A stretch of DNA of 37,842 nucleotides from Caulobacteraceae bacterium (GCA_049519835.1 JBEKQJ010000003.1:1-37842), one strand, 5' to 3'. Shown: positions 25,805 through 34,433, counted from the stretch's first letter. Program-made: numbers and translations. The notes: generated from the letters alone by a model not told the origin.

Positions 25805-26332
25805 CTATGCACGTTGAAATCCCCCCAGTGGTTCGACCGGGCAACGGTCGTAGGGACACACGTCTTCGTCACAGAGGCGGCAGACGTGATCCGACTCATG
25901 GCGAGAGGCGACCAGGCGCGGCATGACCTTCTCGGCGATGCGGGTGAGGACCTCCCATTCATCGGCGGCAAGGTCTTCCAGGGCGCCGTCCAGCAACGAC
26001 CGGCGAGTGAGTAGAATATCGTACATCGCCGCCCGACCAGCGGGAGTCAGAGCCAGTCTGACGACCCGACCGTCAGCGCCGCGGGCCTTCTGGATCAGGC
26101 CATCACTCTCCAGGCGCTCGGCGATGCGCACGGCGGCGGAATGAGACAGGTTGAGTGTTGTCGCCAATCTGTCGATAGACTCATTCGGATTGGCGCCGAT
26201 CTGGACGATCGCGGCCGGCGCGCCGGCGATGTAACCGGACTTCGACTCGATCGTGTCCCGCAGCTTGTCTGCGACCGCCAGGGCGAGCGCCCCGAACAGA
26301 TTGGACGTACGGAGGCGTTCGGGATTTTCCAT
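25805..26332 (-). CDS. MarR-family transcriptional regulator with C-terminal 4-Cys motif
   Basis: Winged HTH LATTLNLSHSAAVRIAERLESDGLI.K...DGRVVRLALTPAGR; tail CRLCDEDVCPYDRCP. Start taken as ATG 26332 (the track gives TTG 26368). Confidence 0.9.
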   Translation of the reverse strand: MENPERLRTSNLFGALALAVADKLRDTIESKSGYIAGAPAAIVQIGANPNESIDRLATTLNLSHSAAVRIAERLESDGLIQKARGADGRVVRLALTPAGRAAMYDILLTRRSLLDGALEDLAADEWEVLTRIAEKVMPRLVASRHESDHVCRLCDEDVCPYDRCPVEPLGGFQRA

Positions 26333-26437
26333 CCGTGAGGATATATCTCCCACTGTTACATATATCAAGCAATCGTTAAGACCAGATCTGAAGCGTTGCT
26401 TTAGCGACGCCCGCAGAGAGGTCGCTCGGCGACAGGC

Positions 26438-27988
26438 TCAGGACTGGACGGTCGGCGCCGGGGCTGAATCGCGCCGCGCCTTTGGCCGCTTGGCAGGCGA
26501 GGCTTCGGAAGCGGCAGTGGCTGCCGGCTTCCTGACTGGCGGCGTGGCGGCGGGCGGCTCGGCCGCCGCGGCGGCGATCGGCGGCAGTTCGGCGATCTCG
26601 CGCAGGGTCGCCACGCCGCGCTTGATGAGTTCGTGCGCCTCATCCTGCGAGAGGACGCGGCGGCAGGCGGTGACGCCGATCTCCAGGCGTCCGGCATAGC
26701 TCTGAACGGTGAGGTTCACCGCCGCGCCGTGGTACGGGATCGACACCGGGATGTAGTGCGCCATCCGGGCGCCGGCGACATAGAGCGGCGTTGGCGGGCC
26801 GGGCACGTTCGAGATTACCACGTTGCCCATCGGCGGCAGCTGCCCGGCCAGATTGGATCGGCCGGCGAAACTGGCCATGCCGCTCAGCAGCCACGGCGCA
26901 CCCATCACCGGCACGTCGACGCCGAGGACCGGCTTCAACTCGCGGACCATGGCCTTGCCGGCCTCCGACGAGGCGTGAATGATCCGCAGCCGTTCGGCGA
27001 GGTCCTTGATGTCAGTCGCCAGGTCGACGCGGATCATGGTGACTTGATTGTTGGGGGAGTCGTCGTCGGCTGCGCGCAGGCTGACGGGCACCAAGGCGAT
27101 GATCGAGGCGGCAGGAAGTTGGCCGCGCTCGGCGAGAAAACCGCGCACGGCCCCGCTGCACATGGCCATGACGATGGTGTTGATCGTGCCGCCGACGCGC
27201 TTGCCGAGCGCCTTCACCTCGTCCATCGGCAGGGACAGGGTGGCGTAGGTGCGCTGGTTGGTGATCGGGACGTTGAAGATCGTCCGGGGCGCCGCGCCGA
27301 GCGGCAGGGGCCGTCCGCCGGGCGGGTTGTAGTTGCTGGCGAAGGCGCGCGCCCCGCCGCTGAGCGCCTTGGCGGCGTCCGGCAACAGATTGCCGAGCTT
27401 GCGGTACTGCATGGCGGAATTCTCGATCGCCGCGCGCAGAAGCTCGTTGACGCCCAACTGATAGGCGCCGCCCGCGCGCCGCCGGGTCGGCGGCGGGACG
27501 TCGCGAATCTCGGGGCTGGAGTCGTAGAGCACCTTGGCCAGCTCGGCCCCGGACTTGCCGTCCACCCCGCTGTGGTGGAACTTGGTGTAGAGTCCCACCT
27601 GACCGTTCGCGACCCCCTCGATGATATAGATTTCCCAGAGCGGCCGACTGCGATCGAGCAGGCTGGAGTGCAGCCGGGCGACCAGCTGTTCGACCTGGGC
27701 CATGGAGCCGGGCTTGCGGACGTTGAGGCTGCGGACGTGATAGTCGAGGTCGATGTCGTCGTCCTCTATCCACACCGGCTCCGCCAGCTCGAAGGGCATC
27801 GTCGCCAGCTTGCGAGTCATGGCGCGCGAGAGGTGGATGCGCTTGCCGATCATCGCCTTGAAGTCGTCGTAGAAGTCGCCGTCGTAGCCCTCCGGCAAGT
27901 CGATCAGCATCAGGCTGCCGACGTGCATCGGCGTCTCCGGCGTTTCGAGGTGCAGAAACGACGCGTCGAGGCCGCTCAGATGTTCCAT
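26438..27988 (-). CDS. wax ester synthase/diacylglycerol acyltransferase (WS/DGAT)
   Basis: LSGLDASFLHLETPETPMHVG, LDRSRPLWE, catalytic HHSGVDG, VPVSLR and NVVISNVPGP. ATG 27988 after GGAGGAG. Confidence 0.95.
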   Translation of the reverse strand: MEHLSGLDASFLHLETPETPMHVGSLMLIDLPEGYDGDFYDDFKAMIGKRIHLSRAMTRKLATMPFELAEPVWIEDDDIDLDYHVRSLNVRKPGSMAQVEQLVARLHSSLLDRSRPLWEIYIIEGVANGQVGLYTKFHHSGVDGKSGAELAKVLYDSSPEIRDVPPPTRRRAGGAYQLGVNELLRAAIENSAMQYRKLGNLLPDAAKALSGGARAFASNYNPPGGRPLPLGAAPRTIFNVPITNQRTYATLSLPMDEVKALGKRVGGTINTIVMAMCSGAVRGFLAERGQLPAASIIALVPVSLRAADDDSPNNQVTMIRVDLATDIKDLAERLRIIHASSEAGKAMVRELKPVLGVDVPVMGAPWLLSGMASFAGRSNLAGQLPPMGNVVISNVPGPPTPLYVAGARMAHYIPVSIPYHGAAVNLTVQSYAGRLEIGVTACRRVLSQDEAHELIKRGVATLREIAELPPIAAAAAEPPAATPPVRKPAATAASEASPAKRPKARRDSAPAPTVQS

Positions 27989-28023
27989 GATGATCTCTCC
28001 TCCTGAAGCCGCGCCGCAGCCGG

Positions 28024-28458
28024 CTAGACCTTCGGCTGCAGCAGCTTCTGCAGCTCGGCCATGTTCTGCTGCATGCGGTCCTGCACCACCTTCCAAGCGT
28101 CGGCGCGGGCCTTGGCTTCCAGCTCTGTCAGTTCGCGGAAGTTGGCCATCGCCTTCTCGACGCCCTGCCGCGCCATCTCGCCCCCCTTGGAGAGAGCGTC
28201 AGGGCTGGTGGCGTCCTTGAGGGCGGCCTGCCATTGGGCCACAGCCTCGGCGAGGATCTCATTGCGCCGCTCGAAGGAGGCGCGGGCGCCGTCGGTCAGC
28301 ACCTTGCCGGCCTCGGTCACCGCCTCGAGATCCTTACGCTGCCACTCGGCGACCGCTGAGAGATCGACCCCGGGGAGAGGGTATTTCGAGGCAAGTTCCT
28401 GAAGGCTGTCGAACCAGGAGGCTGCGGCCGCGTCGGCGGATTTCTTGCTTTCGGCCAT
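28024..28458 (-). CDS. phasin family protein
   Basis: LPGVDLSAVAEWQRKDLEAVTEAGK...G......RRNEIL...KAMANFRELTE...AWKVVQDRM matches the phasin pattern. ATG 28458 after GAGGGAG. Confidence 0.8.
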   Translation of the reverse strand: MAESKKSADAAAASWFDSLQELASKYPLPGVDLSAVAEWQRKDLEAVTEAGKVLTDGARASFERRNEILAEAVAQWQAALKDATSPDALSKGGEMARQGVEKAMANFRELTELEAKARADAWKVVQDRMQQNMAELQKLLQPKV

Positions 28459-28508
28459 TGGATCTCTCCCTCGTCGTTGCGCCCCGCGGGGGCTGTCGTT
28501 GCGAATTC

Positions 28509-29312
28509 CTAGGCCGCTGGCGCCCAGGCGAACCAGGCCGCGTCCTCGCCACGATCGGGGTCCGGATAGAGGCAGGTCGGCTGGCTCTGACGATCGAACG
28601 GCCGCCATTCGCCTTCGGGCAGTGCGAGCCGGTCGGCGATCGCGTGCAGCACGGCCGGATTGTGCCCGAGGCCACAGTGGCTGCCCTCGACCTCGATGTT
28701 CTCCGACGCAGCGCCGGCCTGCTCGCGGCAGCCCTGCCAGGCGACGACGCCGTCGGTGCGCGAATAGATCGCCGTGCTCGGCACGGGAGGCGGGGTCTTC
28801 ATGCGGACCCGCTCAGGCCAATCGTCTGCGGTCCGGCCGCTCAAACCCTCGTACAGCCGCCAGGCGTTCGACGCCCTGGGCTCGCTGGCGAAGGGGCTGC
28901 CGAGTGTGATGACTTGGCGCACGTGTTCAGGGCGCCGGCGCGCCAGTTCGCGGGCGTAGACGCCACCGAGGCTCCAGCCGATCAGGCTGACCTTGCGCCC
29001 GTGGCGATGGAAGAGTTCGTCCAGCCGCTGTTCGACGCGCGCCTCGACGCCGGAGCGCGGGCCGCGGTTGGGGCCGAGCTTCCAGCCGTGAGCGGCGTAG
29101 CCGAGATCCCGCAGCAAGCCGCGCAGCGGACGCGTCGACAGGTCGCTGGCGGCGAGGCCGGGGATGACGAGGACCGGGTGGCCGTCGCCCGGCGGCGCGC
29201 GCAACAGCAACGGGTAGGCCGCGAAGAAGGCGCCGAGCTCAAGGAAGCCGCGCGCCTCCAGCGCCAGCAACAGCAGAGAGGGCGGCTTCATGGCCTCAGC
29301 CGTCGAACCCAT
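28509..29312 (-). CDS. alpha/beta hydrolase (lipase/esterase-like)
   Basis: GDGHPVLVIPG, nucleophile elbow GWSLGG, ITLGSP, YSRTDGVV and SHCGLG (Ser-Asp-His triad). Confidence 0.9.
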   Translation of the reverse strand: MGSTAEAMKPPSLLLLALEARGFLELGAFFAAYPLLLRAPPGDGHPVLVIPGLAASDLSTRPLRGLLRDLGYAAHGWKLGPNRGPRSGVEARVEQRLDELFHRHGRKVSLIGWSLGGVYARELARRRPEHVRQVITLGSPFASEPRASNAWRLYEGLSGRTADDWPERVRMKTPPPVPSTAIYSRTDGVVAWQGCREQAGAASENIEVEGSHCGLGHNPAVLHAIADRLALPEGEWRPFDRQSQPTCLYPDPDRGEDAAWFAWAPAA

Positions 29313-29520
29313 CGCGCCGCGCCTCCCTCACCATCGCCGCGGATTTTCCGCGTTCGCCAAGCCGTACGGTCCCGGATCGACTACAAAGAGCCGGAGTATC
29401 CGTCGCGTCAACCAAAAGCCGCCCCAGGACCGCCAGGGCTTGACGGCGCGCCCACCGCCCGCGACGGTCAGTTCCAAGGAGCGGCCCGCCCAGAGCGCCG
29501 CCGCGAGAGTGAGACGCCAG

Positions 29521-29889
29521 ATGACCCAGTCCGCGGACTTCGTGGAATTGTGGCGCGAGGCGCTGCAGAAATGGGAGCGCCAGACCAACGAGGCGCTCAC
29601 CGCCGCTTCGGCCGACGAAAACGTCAGCCGGGTGATGAATCAGTCGATGGCCGCCATAGCCAGGCTGCAGGCCAAGCAGGGCGAGGCGATCGAACGTGAA
29701 CTGATCCGCTACAACCTGCCCAGCCGTGCCGATTTCCGAGAACTAGCGGCCCGCCTGGAGGGGATCGAGGCTCAGCTTGGCGAAATTCGCGACCTGCTGC
29801 GCGGCGCCGTCGCACCCACGGAGGCTTCGCCCGCGCCGCCCAAACCAGCCCGCACGCGCAAGCCGCCCCAGCCGGACAGCGCCGGATGA
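29521..29889 (+). CDS. short PhaE/PhaR(Bacillus)-like PHA synthase partner subunit
   Basis: 122-aa helical protein with NLPSRADFRELAARLEGIE, like the C-terminal NLP(T/S)R motif of PhaE. ATGA overlap with phaC. Confidence 0.65.
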   Translation: MTQSADFVELWREALQKWERQTNEALTAASADENVSRVMNQSMAAIARLQAKQGEAIERELIRYNLPSRADFRELAARLEGIEAQLGEIRDLLRGAVAPTEASPAPPKPARTRKPPQPDSAG

Positions 29890-30962
29890 GCGAGGCGACC
29901 GCGGCGCCCGATGTGGTTGCGCGGCTGCAGGCCGAGATCCAGCGCGCGCAGGCTCGCAACATCAAAGGCTGGAACTATCTGGTCTCGGCCGGACCGCAGC
30001 GCGGCGTCACACCCAAGGATGTGGTGCTGAACCGGGGCACGCTCAGCCTCTACCACTACCGTGCGCAGGTTTCCGAAGTCTATCGAACGCCGGTCCTGTT
30101 CGTGATGGCGACGACCAACCGCGCCTTCATTTTCGACCTTGCGCCGGGCCAGAGCTTCGTCGAATTCCTGCTGCAGCGCGGCTACGACGTCTACGTCATC
30201 GACTGGAATCCGCCGCGCGAGGATGAGAAGCGGCTGGGATTCGAAGACTACATCCTGGATTTCATCCCGGCCTGTGTCGCCGAGGTTCAGGCGCGCTCGG
30301 GCGAAGACCAGGTGAGCGTGGTCGGCTACTGCATGGGCGGGGTGCTGGCGCTGATGTACGCCGCCCTGCACGGTGAGGGGCAGGTGCGCAATCTCACCTG
30401 CTTCACCACGCCGTTCAACTGGAGCAACTTCGGCCTTTTCAACCGCTGGGCCGATCCGCGTCACTTTGACGTCGACACCATCCTCGACACTTTCGGCAAC
30501 ATGCCGGCGGATCTGATTTCGGCCAGCTTCGATATGCTGCGACCGGTAAGCAAGGCGGTCAGCCAGGTGCAATTATGGGACAACATGTGGAACGACGAGT
30601 TCGTGAAGTCCTACCGCGCGTTCGACCGCTGGGGCGCCGAAACCCTGCCGTTGGCGGGTGAGTACTTCCGCCAGACGGTCAAGGAGCTGATGTTCGGCAA
30701 CAAACTCTACACCGGTGAACTGGAGATCGGCGGCCGCCGGGTCGACGTCGGCGCCATCACCGCCTCATTCCTGCATGTCGTCGCCGAACATGACCACATC
30801 GTACCGATCGAGGCGTCGCGCGAGCTGGTCGAGCGGGTTGGCTCGGCCGACAAGGAACAGATCGTTCTCAAGGGAGGGCATGTGAGCCTCATCGCAGGAC
30901 CGAACGCCGTGCGCCGGCTGTGGCCGCGCCTCGACGCCTGGCTCGCTCCGAGGTCGGCGTGA
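29886..30962 (+). CDS. phaC: class III/IV-like polyhydroxyalkanoate synthase catalytic subunit
   Basis: 358 aa; GVTPKDVV, PVLFV...NRAFIFDLAPGQSFVEFL..RGYDVY.IDW, Cys lipase box GYCMGG, AEHDHIVP (Asp) and GGHVSL (His). Confidence 0.85.
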   Translation: MSEATAAPDVVARLQAEIQRAQARNIKGWNYLVSAGPQRGVTPKDVVLNRGTLSLYHYRAQVSEVYRTPVLFVMATTNRAFIFDLAPGQSFVEFLLQRGYDVYVIDWNPPREDEKRLGFEDYILDFIPACVAEVQARSGEDQVSVVGYCMGGVLALMYAALHGEGQVRNLTCFTTPFNWSNFGLFNRWADPRHFDVDTILDTFGNMPADLISASFDMLRPVSKAVSQVQLWDNMWNDEFVKSYRAFDRWGAETLPLAGEYFRQTVKELMFGNKLYTGELEIGGRRVDVGAITASFLHVVAEHDHIVPIEASRELVERVGSADKEQIVLKGGHVSLIAGPNAVRRLWPRLDAWLAPRSA

Positions 30963-31546
30963 GCGCCGCCCGCCCCCTGCCGCGCGAGGTGGACTGCGCC
31001 GGCCATGCGGTGACCTTTCGCCTGATGACGCCGGCCGACGGTCCGGCGGTCCTCGCCTTCGCGCGCCGCCTGCCTGCGCACGACCTGCTCTTCCTGCGCC
31101 GCGACATCTCCCATCCGAAGGTGATCGGAGCCTGGATCCGCGACCTCGACAGCGGGCAGCTGATCACGCTTCTGGCCTGGCGCGATGAAATCGTCGTGGG
31201 TTGCGCCACCATTGTGCGCGATCCGCTGTCCTGGTCGGCTCACGTGGCCGAGCTGCGCATCGTGATATCCGAGGAGATGCGCGGCCGGGGCCTCGGCAGC
31301 CTGTTGGCGCAGGAGGCCTTCGCCTATGCGCTAACCGAGGGGGCCGAGAAGCTGTTTGCCCAGATGACGGCCGACCAGCAGGGCGCCATCGCGCTCTTCG
31401 AGGGCTTGGGCTTCGCGCCTGAGGCCATCCTGCGTGATCACGTGCGCGGTCGCGACGGTGTGAAACACGATCTGGTGGTGCTCAGCCACGACGTGGCCCG
31501 CGTCAGCGCCCGCCATGAAGCTTACGGACTGAACGAGGCATTATAA
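30959..31546 (+). CDS. GNAT family N-acetyltransferase
   Basis: GTGA overlap with phaC; acetyl-CoA motif A ISEEMRGRGLGSLL and AIALFEGLGF. Confidence 0.9.
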   Translation: MSAARPLPREVDCAGHAVTFRLMTPADGPAVLAFARRLPAHDLLFLRRDISHPKVIGAWIRDLDSGQLITLLAWRDEIVVGCATIVRDPLSWSAHVAELRIVISEEMRGRGLGSLLAQEAFAYALTEGAEKLFAQMTADQQGAIALFEGLGFAPEAILRDHVRGRDGVKHDLVVLSHDVARVSARHEAYGLNEAL

Positions 31547-31565
31547 GGCGAGAGAGGATCCGGAT

Positions 31566-32024
31566 ATGGCTACAAGAAGCGGCGCCGAAGGCCTGACCAG
31601 GGGATTGAAGAATGCGGGCGAGCGTCTGCGCACCGCCGGCGAGCGCCTGGCCGAGAACAACCGCGCCATCAACCTGCGCCTGATCGAGCAGGCGGAGGAG
31701 AACACCCGCGAGGCGTTCAAGGCGCTGCGCGCCGCCGCCCAGGCCTCGACACTGAAGGACGTCGCCTCGATCCGGGCCCAGTATGTGCGCGATCAGGGCA
31801 AGCGGCAGGTAAGCCACATGCGCGAGGTCGGCGAGTTGATCTCCCGGTTCGGCCGCGAGGCGCTGACGCCGGCAAAGGCTCCGGCCGCCGCGAAGTCCGC
31901 GCCAGCCGCCGCCAAGGCCGCGCCGGCCGCAGCTAAGGCCGCGCCGGCCCCCAAAACTCGCAAACGCACGGCCGCAGCCAAGACGCCGCGCGCACCGAAG
32001 GCTGCGGCGAAGCCCGAGGGTTAG
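31566..32024 (+). CDS. phasin-like protein with Ala/Lys/Pro-rich histone-like tail (PhaF-like architecture)
   Basis: N-terminal amphipathic helices (LRLIEQAEENTREAF.AL..AAQA..LKDV..I...YVRDQ), then PAKAPAAAKSAPAAAKAAP...KTRKRTAAAK. Confidence 0.7.
   Translation: MATRSGAEGLTRGLKNAGERLRTAGERLAENNRAINLRLIEQAEENTREAFKALRAAAQASTLKDVASIRAQYVRDQGKRQVSHMREVGELISRFGREALTPAKAPAAAKSAPAAAKAAPAAAKAAPAPKTRKRTAAAKTPRAPKAAAKPEG
31881..31949 (+). repeat. 21-bp coding tandem repeat (PAAAK[S/A]A x3)
   Basis: CCGGCCGCCGCGAAGTCCGCG / CCAGCCGCCGCCAAGGCCGCG / CCGGCCGCAGCTAAGGCCGCG / CCGGCC. Confidence 0.8.
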
Positions 32025-32812
32025 TTCAGCGCGGGCGGCGGCGGGTAGAAGCCCGCCAACAGAGCCGGCGCTGCGAACGGCTTCCAGTCGTCATCCGCTT
32101 GCGCCAGCCGGTCGGCGACGGCGTAGAGCACGGCTGCATTGACGCCGAGTCCGCAGTGGCTGCCGCGCACCTCGATGTTCTCGGCTCGGGGATGGGGCGG
32201 CTCGACGCAGTTGCGCCATGGCACGACACCGTCGTCGCGGCTGAAGATCGCAGCTGCCGGCACTGGCAGAGGCTCGACGCTCTCGCGCAGCCGTTGCGCT
32301 ATGGCGGCGCCGGACAGCGTCTCGCCTGAAAGGCGCTCGTAGAGCCGGGCCGGCGCCGTCGCCAGCGGGTTGCCGGTGAACGGCGATCCGAGCGTGATCA
32401 CCTTGCTGACCATTTCGGGCGCCGCGCGGGCGAGGTCGCGGGCCAGGATGCCGCCGAGGCTCCAGCCGACCAAGCCGACCTTCTGGCCGGTATCGCGGTG
32501 AATGGTCTGCAATCGCTCCAGGAGCCGCTCGCCCCGCCAGCCGACCGATCGCGGCCCGAGGTTGCGGCCGAGTTCCCAGGCCCGAGCGTCATAGCCAATC
32601 ACAGACAGGTATCGCCGCAGGAGAACGGTCGAGCGGTCACTGGTGATGAATCCCGGCATGACCAGCACTGGAGCGCCGTCGCCCCGTGGCGCGAGCGCCA
32701 GCGCCGGCGCGGCCAGAGGCAACGCCGCCAGCTCGAGGCCGGCGCGCTGCAGCTCGGTCAGGGTCAGCAGCGCCGAAGGCGCCTTGATCTCCCTCACATC
32801 GCTCAATGGCAT
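32021..32812 (-). CDS. alpha/beta hydrolase, paralog of 28509-29312
   Basis: GDGAPVLVMPG, GWSLGG, ITLGSP, FSRDDGVV and SHCGLG. Start ATG 32812 after GGAGAG. Its stop overlaps the convergent phasin-like stop. Confidence 0.9.
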   Translation of the reverse strand: MPLSDVREIKAPSALLTLTELQRAGLELAALPLAAPALALAPRGDGAPVLVMPGFITSDRSTVLLRRYLSVIGYDARAWELGRNLGPRSVGWRGERLLERLQTIHRDTGQKVGLVGWSLGGILARDLARAAPEMVSKVITLGSPFTGNPLATAPARLYERLSGETLSGAAIAQRLRESVEPLPVPAAAIFSRDDGVVPWRNCVEPPHPRAENIEVRGSHCGLGVNAAVLYAVADRLAQADDDWKPFAAPALLAGFYPPPPALN

Positions 32813-32885
32813 TCGACCGGTCTCTCCGATTCTCAATCTGTAAAGCTGGTGCTTGAGAGACGTGACGTCAACATGGTGGGTTGTC

Positions 32886-33902
32886 TCAGGGCGGACCACA
32901 GGCGCAACGGTCAGCCAGGTCACGCAGTTCCGGCATCGCCAAGGCGCCGACGGAGCCGTCGAGATCGAGCAGCGCCTTGCGCGCCTTGTCGCGATCGCCG
33001 GCCGCGACCAGCGCCGTCGCCTGGGCGAGACGAACCTGAACCTCACGGTCGACCCGCGTCCGGCAGGCGGCGAGGCGAGACGCATCCGGCGCTCCTGGCC
33101 GGGTGAGAAGCTCCAAGGCCTGGCCGAGCGCCCGCGCGTCGGCGATCTGGTGTCCGGCGCCCGGTGTGGTCCGCGAGGCGCCGCCGAACACGCACCAGCG
33201 GCTGAGCGAGGCCAGGCTGGCGACGTCGGCGGCCACGGCGGCAGTGTCCTCGGCCCCGCTGACGTAGGCAATGCGGCTGCGGGTCTGGACCAGCTCGAAA
33301 AGCGGTCGCGCCGGCAACACGGCCGGGGCGACGGCGATGGGGTCGCTGCCGGCGTCGAGGAAGGCGCCACGGAGGAGGTCCGGATAGGCGAGCGCCAGTT
33401 GCAGCGCCACGCGCGAACCACCGGAGAAGCCGCCAACGAACACCCTCTCCGCGTCGATCGCGTAGCGCTGCTGGACGTTCCAGGCAGCCTCGAGGGCGAG
33501 GGGCGCGCGCCGGCCGATGACGTTCTGGTCATTGCCCGAGCGCTGGGCGGCGACGAAGATCAGGCCATAGCGGTCGAGAATAGAGGCCCAGCCTGGCGGC
33601 AGCTTCGCCTCGTCGGAGGGGGAGATGAAGACCAGCAGGCCGTAGCCCTTTGGCGGACCCTTGGCCGGCACGTAGAGCGTGAACCGCTCCTGGGCGAGGT
33701 CAAGAGGCTGCTCGGCCAGGGTGCGGCCGTTGGCGGCGAGACCTCGCCGCCCCGCTTCCGCCGCCAGCGGGCTCAGCAGACGGTCGACCAGGGCGGCGTT
33801 GGTCGCCAGCGGCGAATAGAGACTGAAGGTCTCGTCCTGGGCGGCAACGGTCGGACCCGCGGCCAGCAGAATCGCCAAAGCCAGAATGTAGGCGCCCTTC
33901 AT
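32886..33902 (-). CDS. exported alpha/beta hydrolase (PHB depolymerase/esterase-like)
   Basis: Signal peptide MKGAYILALAILLAAGPTVAA-Q; FTLYVP...YGLLVFI; IDAERVFVGGFSGGS (GxSxG); GAEDT and GAGH. Confidence 0.75.
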   Translation of the reverse strand: MKGAYILALAILLAAGPTVAAQDETFSLYSPLATNAALVDRLLSPLAAEAGRRGLAANGRTLAEQPLDLAQERFTLYVPAKGPPKGYGLLVFISPSDEAKLPPGWASILDRYGLIFVAAQRSGNDQNVIGRRAPLALEAAWNVQQRYAIDAERVFVGGFSGGSRVALQLALAYPDLLRGAFLDAGSDPIAVAPAVLPARPLFELVQTRSRIAYVSGAEDTAAVAADVASLASLSRWCVFGGASRTTPGAGHQIADARALGQALELLTRPGAPDASRLAACRTRVDREVQVRLAQATALVAAGDRDKARKALLDLDGSVGALAMPELRDLADRCACGPP

Positions 33903-33998
33903 CGGCACGGCTCCGGACCCTAAAGATCGCCGGTTAGAGTTAGACTGACAGCGGGCTTCGGCGCCATTGTGCCGTGGCTAACCAGCGAGGAGAACGCC

Positions 33999-34433
33999 AT
34001 GCCCGTCGACGCCAAATACAGAACCACCGCTACCGCCAGCGGCGGCGGCCGCTCTGGCCGCACGGAATTGGCCGACGGCACGCTGGGTTTCCAGCTGGTC
34101 GTCCCCAAGGAGCTGGGCGGTCCGGGCGGAGACGGGGCCAATCCCGAAAAGCTGTTCGCCCTCGGCTATTCAGCCTGTTTCCTGGGCGCGATGCGCGTCG
34201 CCGCCACCCAGACCGGGATCAAGGTTCCGGACGGAACGACGGTGACCGCCACGGTCGGCATCGGACCGCGCTCGGAGGGCGGCTTCGGCATCACCGCCGC
34301 GCTCGACGTGCTGCTGCCCGGCGTGCCCGAGGCGGACGCCCATCGGCTGATGGAGACGACACACGGCATCTGCCCTTATTCCAATGCGCTCAGAGGCAAC
34401 GTCGAGGTGCCGACCACCACGCGCGCGTCATGA
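33999..34433 (+). CDS. ohr: organic hydroperoxide resistance protein
   Basis: GGRSG, PKELGGPG, NPEKLFALGYSACF and CPYSNA. ATG after GAGGAG. Confidence 0.95.
   Translation: MPVDAKYRTTATASGGGRSGRTELADGTLGFQLVVPKELGGPGGDGANPEKLFALGYSACFLGAMRVAATQTGIKVPDGTTVTATVGIGPRSEGGFGITAALDVLLPGVPEADAHRLMETTHGICPYSNALRGNVEVPTTTRAS

Noticed and set aside
22270-26437. The AT-richer cassette as a bona fide mobile element
   Set aside because: I found no transposase, integrase, tRNA target or terminal or direct repeats. Horizontal origin is inferred only from composition.
32813-33532. 503-aa ORF suggesting an extended hydrolase
   Set aside because: The upstream part is an off-frame reading of the esterase gene. 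The RBS and domain start at 32812.
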